Source: Eledone cirrhosa
Taxonomy: Eukaryota
DNA length: 64,000 nt
NCBI GenBank assembly: GCA_964016885.1
Contig: OZ024742.1
Coordinates: 370,698,001 to 370,762,000 of the forward strand
Direction: 5' to 3'
Shown: positions 26,551 through 35,700 of the stretch, piece after piece
Position numbering within the stretch: position 1 is the stretch's first letter
Layout of the letters: every line of letters begins with the position of its first letter
Made by a program: the position numbers and the translations under genes
The notes under the pieces: generated by a model
What the model saw: the letters and a program-made list of their open reading frames with translations, nothing else
Databases searched by the model: none
What the model was told of the DNA's origin: nothing

Positions 26551-27938
26551 AGCAAGATCTTTGTCAGCCGCTCTCCAGCTATCTATTTAAGGCTGTACAT
26601 GGCTATGGTGCAGCGACACTTAGAATTTGCATCACCAGTCTGGAACCCCTATCTTGCTCAGAACATTGACCGCCTGGAAACTGTTCAGAGACTTGCAACC
26701 AAGCGAATACCCTCCATCAGGCATCTACCATACTCTGAACATCTTGCTTCCCTGGGCATGGATACATTGAAGCTCTGACGTCTGGCAACTGACTTGGTAA
26801 ACACCCTCAACATTATTAACCATCTCGCCAACAACAACCCTGAGTACTTTTTGATTTCCATGTGTCTAACACACGTGGACATGCCCACAAAGTCAGAAAA
26901 CAGTACAGTTCCCATGACTTTCGGAAACATTTTTTCACACTCAGAGTTGATGAAGCATGGAACAAACTACCTGCATTAGTTGTTAGCTGTCGAGACACTG
27001 CATCCTTTAAAACCTCCATGGAACAAACTACCTGCATCAGTTGTTAGCTGTCGGGACACTGCATCCTTTAAAACCTCCATGGAACAAACTACCTGCATCA
27101 GTTGTTAGCTGTCGAGACACTGCATCCTTTAAAACCTCCATGGAACAAATTACCTGCATCGGTTGTTAACTGTCGAGACACTGCATCCTTTAAAACCTCC
27201 ATGGAACAAACTACCTGCATCAGTTGTTAGCTGTCGAGACACTGCATCCTTCAAAACCTCCATGGAACAAACTACCTGCATCAGTTGTTAGCTGTCAAGA
27301 CACTGCATCCTTTAAAACCTCCATGGAACAAACTACCTGCATCAGTTGTTAGCTGTCGAGACACTGCATCCTTTATAACCTCCATGGAACAAACTACCTG
27401 CATCAGTTGTTAGCTGTCGAGACACTGCATCCTTTAAAACCTCCATGGAACAAACTACCTGCATCAGTTGTTAGCTGTCGAGACACTGCATCCTTTAAAA
27501 CCTCCATGGAACAAACTACCTGCATCAGTTGTTAGCTGTCGAGACACTGCATCCTTTATAACCTCCATGGAACAAACTACCTGCATCAGTTGTTAGCTGT
27601 CGAGACACTGCATCCTTTAAAACCTCCATGGAACAAACTACCTGCATCAGTTGTTAGCTGTCGAGACACTGCATCCTTTATAACCTCCATGGAACAAACT
27701 ACCTGCATCAGTTGTTAGCTGTCGAGACACTGCATCCTTTAAAACCTCCATGCTTCCCGAGATTCGCCAACACTACACCTAATATTCCCCCTCCATACAC
27801 ACATGTATATCATGACTCATACACTATTCACTTCCCTGACATTTGTATATTATTCTATGTACTATACATGCACCTTTGACGAGTTGTAGTGCACCTGAGC
27901 ACTTTACACAATAATTACATGATTATCATTATTATAAT
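26551..27938 (+). mobile_element. 5'-truncated, decayed CR1-clade non-LTR retrotransposon (ORF2 C-terminus, 3' UTR and ATT-rich tail), interrupted by a 61-bp array
   Basis: Joined frames read LYMAMVQRHLEFASPVWNPY..IDRLETVQRLATKRIP..LPYSEHLASLGMDTLKL*RLATDLV.. / NTRGHAHKV..RKHFFTLRVDEAWNKLP.VV..SFK. This matches the CR1 post-RT pattern (LY..LVRPHLEY..PVWSP, LE.VQRRATK, TRGH..K, FF..RV...WN.LP). It has an in-frame TGA at 26776-26778 and a frameshift near 26850. The ORF resumes after the array as MLPEIRQHYT* (TAA 27780-27782). The tail ends ...GATTATCATTATTATAAT. Confidence 0.92.
26956..27752 (+). repeat. 61-bp minisatellite, 13 copies, derived from CR1 ORF2 3' end
   Basis: Unit CATGGAACAAACTACCTGCATCAGTTGTTAGCTGTCGAGACACTGCATCCTTTAAAACCTC. 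Copies start at 26956, 27017, 27078 ... 27688, with a closing CATG at 27749-27752. Confidence 0.98.
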
Positions 27939-27945
27939 GTCCCTA

Positions 27946-28401
27946 GTGCTGGTGGCACAATAAAATGTATTCAGTGCAGTCTGTAGAGTGTGGGAATATA
28001 AGTAAGCAAATGCAACTCCGTGACCCATCTGTCAGGTCAGTGGTGTAGCAAAACCTTGAGATTGTTCTCATGTTCTCAACCAAGATGGTTAGATAACATC
28101 CATGAGCTTGGCTGGTCATGCTTGGGCATTCAATTGGAGATGGTTGCTTTTGACAGGACCCACTGGAAGGAGTGCTTGAGGACTCTTCCCCCATGACCCT
28201 CTCAGGAATAAGTGGGCAAAGAAGAAGAGAAGCCATATATATATGGTTTAGGAAAGGCATCCAGCTATAGAATCAGTTCAGTATGAGCAAGACATGGTCA
28301 CCTAACCTAACATTGCCCACAACAGGACAACTCGTCTAACCCATGCTAGTGTGGAAGAATGGGCGTAAAACGGTGATGATGATGATGATGATGATGATGA
28401 T
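27946..28401 (+). mobile_element. SINE-like/retroposon 3' remnant with (GAT)n tail, apparently split by a ~250-bp insertion
   Basis: Segments GTGCTGGTGGCAC..CTGTAGAGTG (27946-27990) and TTAGGAAAGGCATCCAGCTATAGAA..AACCCATGCTAGTGTGGAA..CGTAAAACGG(TGA)n (28245-28401) resemble, from recall only, an abundant octopus interspersed repeat. The simple-repeat tail is directly visible. Confidence 0.55.
28077..28232 (+). mobile_element. RTE-like LINE 3' fragment
   Basis: Translates QPRWLDNIHELGWSCLGIQLEMVAFDRTHWKECLRTLPP* (TGA 28194-28196). This fits the RTE ORF C-terminal pattern RW.D.I...A.DR..W. It is followed by a short UTR and a GAAGAAGAGAAG tail. Confidence 0.65.
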
Positions 28402-28418
28402 ATATATATGTATATATA
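28374..28418. repeat. Compound (GAT)n/(TA)n microsatellite
   Basis: About 9 TGA units followed directly by TATATATATGTATATATA. Confidence 0.95.
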
Positions 28419-28861
28419 GGGTTTACAAAAGTCACTGATGTTATTTCAGCAATCTCCAGCCATGATACACTTACTTAATGAACCAATAATGCTGCAGTTG
28501 TGAAACTGCATCTCGATGTTCAGGGTGCACACATACAAAATAGCGAGTGCAGTGGCAGTGTTTAGCTAAAGATACTTTGTGTGTCTAACTCCTGAACAGA
28601 TTTCGTTTCTGTGCAATATTCTGTCCAACAACAGTTAATAAAACTGCACTGTGCAGAAAATTGCCTATTATCAACAGATATTACAGAATTGGACAAACCT
28701 GAGCAGGTTAACGCCCTACTCAATACAAAGATCATTCGTGTGTATATACTAGGGCATATTGCTCCGATAATAAATCTAACAGTCCTACACTATCATGACA
28801 CATGACCTCTAAATAATAAAGGAAGACCATTGTATGAGAAAAAACACGTTACTGTGGGTGA

Positions 28862-28932
28862 ATATATATACATATATACACACTTATACACATATAGAGA
28901 TATATGTATATACACATATATACACACATATA
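28862..28932. repeat. Degenerate (TA)/(CA) microsatellite
   Basis: ATATATATACATATACACACACTTATACACATATAGAGATATATGTATATACACATATATACACACATATA. Confidence 0.85.
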
Positions 28933-29120
28933 AAGGCTGACTAGTGATATAAAGTCAAACATTCAAACAATACATAGAAATATGGAAAACTGTAAGAGAA
29001 GATATGTAGCTGAAACACAGTTGTAAAAATACACAGTTTAAGAAAGTCACTGATCTTATCTCAGCAATCTCCAGCCATGACTCAATTAATTAATGCAGTT
29101 GTGCATCTAGATGTTCAGTG

Positions 29121-29148
29121 CACATATATATATATTTGTGTGTGTGTG
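29121..29148. repeat. (TA)n/(TG)n microsatellite
   Basis: CACATATATATATATTTGTGTGTGTGTG. Confidence 0.85.
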
Positions 29149-29442
29149 CATACGTATGGATCCAAATGTTTGTGTTTACACTCCAGGCTCTGAGGAAAAC
29201 CTGTAGTATACCACAGCCAGTGTCTTTAAAAATACTATTAATGTCTTACAAAATATTTTAAATATCTTCTATAGGAATTGTACAATATACATGTTTCTCC
29301 CTTGTGTTCCTTGAAAAAATTGCCATTATCAATAACATGAGCAACAATGATTTCTTAATATCTGTTAAATTTCAATTAGTTAAAACTTTTATGGTCATAC
29401 TGTAGCAAGTATGTACGTGTGTATGTATGTAGTCATGTATGT

Positions 29443-29511
29443 ATAATAATAATGGAGAAATTATTGTGTACAGTGCTCTGGTGCACTACAACTCATCAAA
29501 TGTGCATGTAG
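29443..29511 (-). mobile_element. Isolated ~70-bp 3' tail of the same CR1 family, inverted
   Basis: The reverse complement TACATGCACATTTGATGAGTTGTAGTGCACCAGAGCACTGTACACAATAATTTCTCCATTATTATTAT matches 27865-27935 (TACATGCACCTTTGACGAGTTGTAGTGCACCTGAGCACTTTACACAATAATTAC...ATTATTAT). Confidence 0.9.
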
Positions 29512-29703
29512 TCATACAGACATCTTAATATCTGTTAAAACTTTTATGGTCATACTGTAGCAAGTATGTACGTGTGTATGTTTCTGTGTCTTCTTTTCAA
29601 GTTGTAAGAACATCTGCAGTAGAGGGCAACTACTGTCCTTAAAAATACTGTCTTACAAAAGTTATAAAATATCCTCCATATCTATGTTAGTAATTGTACA
29701 ATA

Positions 29704-32700
29704 TAGGGGCATTGACAGTGTCTGGTGACCCTACAGGGTGGTAGGGGCATTGACAGTGTCTGGTGACCCTACAGGGTGGTAGGGGCATTGACAGTGTCTG
29801 GTGACCCTACAGGGTGGTAGGTGTATTGACAGTGTATGGTGACCATACAGGGAGGTAGGGGCATTGACAGTGTCTCGTGACCCTACAGGGTGGTAGGGGT
29901 ATTGACAGTGTCTGGTGACCTTACAGGGTGGTAGGGGCATTGACAGTGTCTGGTGACCCTACAGGGTGGAGGGGTATTGACAGTGTCTGGTGACCCTACA
30001 GGGTGGTAGGGGCATTGACAGTGTCTGGTGACCCTACAGGGTGGTAGGAGTATTGACAGTGTATGGTGACCCTACAGGGTGGTAGGAGCATTGACAGTGT
30101 CTGGTGACACTACAGGGTGGTAGGGGCATTGACAGTGTCTGGTGACACTACAGGGTGGTAGGGGCATTGACAGTGTCTGGTGACACTACAGGGTGGTAGG
30201 GGCATTGACAGTGTCTGGTGACCCTACAGGGTGGTAGGGGCATTGACAGTGTCTGGTGACCCTACAGGGTGGTAGGTGTATTGACAGTATATGGTGACCT
30301 TACAGGGTGGTAGGGGTATTGACAGTGTCTGGTGACCTTACAGGGTGGTAGGGGCATTGACAGTATCTGGTGACCCTACAGGGTGGTAGGGGCATTGACA
30401 GTGTCTGGTGACCCTACAGGGTGGTAGGGGCATTGACAGTGTCTGGTGACCCTACAGGGTGGTAGGGGCATTGACAGTGTCTGGTGACCTTACAGGGTGG
30501 TAGGGTTATTGACAGTATCTGGTGACCCTACAGGGTGGTAGGGGCATTGACAGTGTCTGGTGACCCTACAGGGTGGTAGGGGCATTGACAGTGTCTGGTG
30601 ACCCTACAGGGTGGTAGGGGCATTGAGAGTGTCTGGTGACCTTACAGGGTGGTAGGGGTATTGACAGTGTCTGGTGACCTTACAGGGTGGTAGGGGCATT
30701 GACAGTGTCTGGTGACCCTACAGGGTGGTAGGGGCATTGACAGTGTCTGGTGACCCTACAGGGTGGTAGGGGCATTGACAGTGTCTGGTGACCTTACAGG
30801 GTGGTATGGGTATTGACAGTGTCTGGTGACCATACAGGGTGGTAGGGGTATTGACAGTGTTTGGTGACCCTACAGGGTGGTAGGGGTATTGACAGTGTCT
30901 GGTGACCTTACAGGGTGGTAGGGGTATTGACAGTGTCTGGTGACCCTACAGGGTGGTAGGGGTATTGACAGTGTATGGTGACATTACAGCGTGGTAGGGG
31001 TATTGACAGTGTATGGTGACCTTACAGGGTGGTAGGGGCATTGACAGTGTCTGGTGACCCTACAGGGTGTTAGGGGTATTGACAGTGTCTGGTCACCTTA
31101 CAGGGTGGTAGGGTTATTGACAGTGTCTGGTGACGATACAGGGTGGTAGGGGTATTGACAGTGTCTGGTGACCCTACAGGGTGGTAGGGGTATTGACAGT
31201 GTCTAATGACCTTACAGGGTGGTAGGGGTATTGACAGTGTTTGGTCACCCTACAGGGTCGTAGGGGTATTGACAGTGTCTGGTGACCTTACAGGGTGGTA
31301 GGTGTATTGACAGTGTCTGGTGACACTACAGGGTGGTAGGGTCATTGACAGTCTCTGGTGAACTTACAGGGTGGTAGGGGTATTGACAGTGTCTGGTGAC
31401 CCTATAAAGTGGAAGGGGTATTGACAGTGTATGGTGACCCTACAGGGTGGTAGAGGTATTGACAGAGTCTGGTGACGTTACAGGGTGGTAGGGGTATTGA
31501 CAGTGTCTGGTGACACTACATGGTGGTAGGGGCATTGACAGTGTCTGGTGACACTATAGGGTGGTAGGGGTATTGACAGTGTCTGGTGACCCTACAGGGT
31601 GGTAGGGTCATTGACAGTGTCTGGTGACCCTATAGGGTGGTAGGGGTATTGACAGTGTATGGTGACCCTACAGGGTGGTAGGGGCATTGACAGTGTCTGG
31701 TGACCTTACAGGGTGGTAGGGGTATTGACAGTGTCTGGTGACATTACAGGGTGGTAGGGGTATTGACAGTGTATGGTGACCTTACAGGGTGGTAGGGGTA
31801 TTGACAGTGTCTGGTAACCTTACAGGGTGTTAGGGATATTGACAGTGTATGGTGACCTTACAGGGTTGTAGGGGTATTGGCAGTGTATGGTGACATTACA
31901 GCGTGGTAGGGGTATTGACAGTGTATAGTGACCTTACAGGGTGGTAGGGGCACTGACAGTGTCTGGTGATCTTACAGGGTGGTAGGGGTATTGACAGTGT
32001 GTGGTCACCTTACAGGGTGGTAGGTGTATTGACAGTGTATGGTGACCTTACAGGGTGGTAGGGGTATTGACAGTGTCTGGTGACATTACAGGGTGGTAGG
32101 GGTATTGACAGTGTATGGTGACATTACAGGGTGGTAGGGGTATTGACAGTGTCTGGTGACATTACAGGGTGATATGGGTATTGACAGTGTATGGTGATCT
32201 TACAGGGTGGTAGGGGTATTGACAGTGTCTGGTGACATTACAGGGTGGTAGGGGTATTGACAGTGTATGGTGACCTTACACGGTGTTAGGGGTATTGACA
32301 GTGTCTGGTGACCTTACAGGGTGGTAGGAGTATTGACAGTGTATGGTGACCTTACAGGGTGGTGGGGGTATTGAAAGTGTATGGTGACCTTACAGGGTGG
32401 TGGCGGTATTGACAGTGTATGTTGACCTTACAGGGTGGTAGGTGTATTGACAGTGTCTGGTGACCTTACAGGGTGGTAGGGGTATTGACAGTGTCTGGTG
32501 TCCTTACAGGGTGGTAGGGGTATTGACAGTGTCTGGTTACCTTACAGGGTGGTAGGGGCATTGACAGTGTATGGTGACCTTACAGGGTGGTAGGGGTGTT
32601 GACAGTGTATGGTGACCTTACAGGGTGGTAGGTGTATTGACAGTGTCTGGTGACCTTACTGGGTGGTAGGGGTATTGACAGTGTCTGGTGACCTTACAGG

Positions 32701-35700
32701 GTGGTAGGGTTATTGACAGTGTATGGTGACCTTACAGGGTGGTAGGGGTATTGACAGTGTATGGTGACATTACAGCGTGGTAGGGGTATTGACAGTGTAT
32801 GGTGACCTTACAGGGTGGTAGGGGCATTGACAGTGTCTGGTGATCTTACAGGGTGGTAGGGGTATTGACAGTGTCTGGTGACCTTACAGGGTGGTAGGGG
32901 TATTGACAGTGTCTGGTCACCTTACAGGGTGGTAGGGGTATTGACAGTGTATGGTGACCTTACAGGGTGGTAGGGGTATTGACAGTGTCTGGTGACATTA
33001 CAGGGTGGTAGGGGTATTGACAGTGTATGGTGACCTTACAGGGTGGTAGGGGTATTGACAGTGTATGGTGACCTTACAGGGTGGTAGGGGTATTGACAGT
33101 GTATGGTGACCTTACAGGGTGGTAGGGGTATTGACAGTGTCTGGTGACATTACAGGGTGGTAGGGGTATTGACAGTGTATGGTGACCTTACAGGGTGGTA
33201 GGGGTATTGACAGTGTCTGGTGACATTACAGGGTGGTAGGGGTATTGACAGTGTCTGGTGACCTTACAGGGTGTTAGGATATTGACAGTGTCTGGTCACC
33301 TTACAGGATGGTAGGAGTATTGACAGTGTATGGTGACCTTACAGGGTGGTAGGGGTGTTGACAGTGTATGGTGACCTTACAGGGTGGTAGGGGTATTGAC
33401 AGTGTCTGGTGTCCTTACGAGGTGGTAGGGGTATTGACAGTGTCTGGTGACCTTACAGGGTGGTAGAGGTATTGACAGTATCTGCTTACCTTACAGGGTG
33501 GTAGGGATATTGACAGTGTATGGTGACCTTACAGGGTGGTAGGGGTATTGACAGTGTCTAGTGACCCTATAGGGTGGTAGGGGTATTGACAGTATCTGCT
33601 TACCTTACAGGGTGGTAGGGATATTGACAGTGTATGGTGACCTTACAGGGTGGTAGGGGTATTGACAGTATCTGCTTACCTTACAGGGTGGTAGGGATAT
33701 TGACAGTGTATGGTGACCTTACAGGTTGGTAGGGGTATTGACAGTGTCTAGTGACCCTATAGGGTGGTAGGGGTATTGACAGTATCTGGTGACCTTACAG
33801 GGTGGTAGGGGTATTGACAGTGTTTGGTGACCCTACAGGGTCGTAGGGGTATTGACTGTGTCTGGTGACCTTACAGGGTGGTAAGTGTATTGACAGTGTC
33901 TGGTGACCCTACAGGGTGGTAGGGGTATTGACTGTGTCTGGTGACCTTACAGGGTGGTAAGTGTATTGACAGTGTCTGGTGACCCTACAGGGTGGTAGGG
34001 GTATTGACAGTGTATGGTGACCTTACAGGGTGGTAGGGGCATTGACAGTGTCTGGTGATCTTACAGGGTGTTAGGGCTATTGACAGTGTCTGGTCACCTT
34101 ACAGGGTGGTAGGGGTATTGACAGTGTCTGGTGACCATATAGGGTGGTAGGGGTATTGACAGTGTCTGGTGACCCTACAGGGTGGTAGGGGTATTGACAG
34201 TGTCTAATGACCTTACAGGCTGGTAGGGGTATTGACAGTGTCTAGTGACCCTATAGGGTGGTAGGGGTATTGACAGTGTCTGGTGACCTTACAGGGTGGT
34301 AGGGGCATTGACAGTGTCTGGTGACCTTACAGGGTGGTAGGGGCATTGACAGTGTCTGGTGACCTTACAGGGTGGTAGGGGCATTGACAGTGTCTGGTGA
34401 CCTTACAGGGTGGTAGGGGCATTGACAGTGTCTGGTGACCTTACAGGCTGGTAGGGGTATTGACAGTGTCTGGTGAGCCTACAGGGTGGTAGTAGTATAC
34501 ACACTGTCTGGTGATCTTACAGTGTGGTAGGGGCATTGACAATGTCTGGTGACCTTACAGGGTGGTAGGGGTATTGACAGTGTATGGTGACATTACAGGG
34601 TGGTAGGGGTATTGACAGTGTCTGGTGACATTACAGGGTGTTAGGGGTATTGGCAGTGTATGGTGACCTTACAGGGTGGTAGGGTTATTTACAGTGTCTG
34701 GTGACATTACAGGGTGGTAGGGCTATTGACAGTGTATGGTGACCTTACAGGGTGGTAGGGGTATTGACAGTGTCTGGTCACCTTACAGGGTGGTAGGGGT
34801 ATTGACAGTGTATGGTGACCTTACAGGGTGGTAGGGGTATTGACAGTGTATGGTGACCTTACAGGGTGGTAGGGGTATTGACAGTGTCTGGTGACATTAC
34901 AGGGTGGTAGGGGCATTGACAGTGTCTGGTGATCTTACAGGGTGGTAGGGGTATTGACAGTGTCTGGTGACCTTACAGGGTGGTAGGGGTATTGACAGTG
35001 TCTGGTCACCTTACAGGGTGGTAGGGGTATTGACAGTGTATGGTGACCTTACAGGGTGGTAGGGGTATTGACAGTGTCTGGTGACATTACAGGGTGGTAG
35101 GGGTATTGACAGTGTATGGTGACCTTACAGGGTGGTAGGGGTATTGACAGTGTATGGTGACCTTACAGGGTGGTAGGGGTATTGACAGTGTATGGTGACC
35201 TTACAGGGTGGTAGGGGTATTGACAGTGTCTGGTGACATTACAGGGTGGTAGGGGTATTGACAGTGTATGGTGACCTTACAGGGTGGTAGGGGTATTGAC
35301 AGTGTCTGGTGACATTACAGGGTGGTAGGGGTATTGACAGTGTCTGGTGACCTTACAGGGTGTTAGGATATTGACAGTGTCTGGTCACCTTACAGGATGG
35401 TAGGAGTATTGACAGTGTATGGTGACCTTACAGGGTGGTAGGGGTGTTGACAGTGTATGGTGACCTTACAGGGTGGTAGGGGTATTGACAGTGTCTGGTG
35501 TCCTTACGAGGTGGTAGGGGTATTGACAGTGTCTGGTGACCTTACAGGGTGGTAGAGGTATTGACAGTATCTGCTTACCTTACAGGGTGGTAGGGATATT
35601 GACAGTGTATGGTGACCTTACAGGGTGGTAGGGGTATTGACAGTGTCTAGTGACCCTATAGGGTGGTAGGGGTATTGACAGTATCTGCTTACCTTACAGG

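Noticed and set aside
26512-27047. Short ORFs as independent genes
   Set aside because: The plus-strand ones are broken pieces of CR1 ORF2 and the minus-strand ones are its antisense shadows.
27943-28805. ORFs 27943-28260 (-) and 28611-28805 (+)
   Set aside because: The first is antisense to retroposon fragments. The second has a GTG start and no recognisable motif or support.
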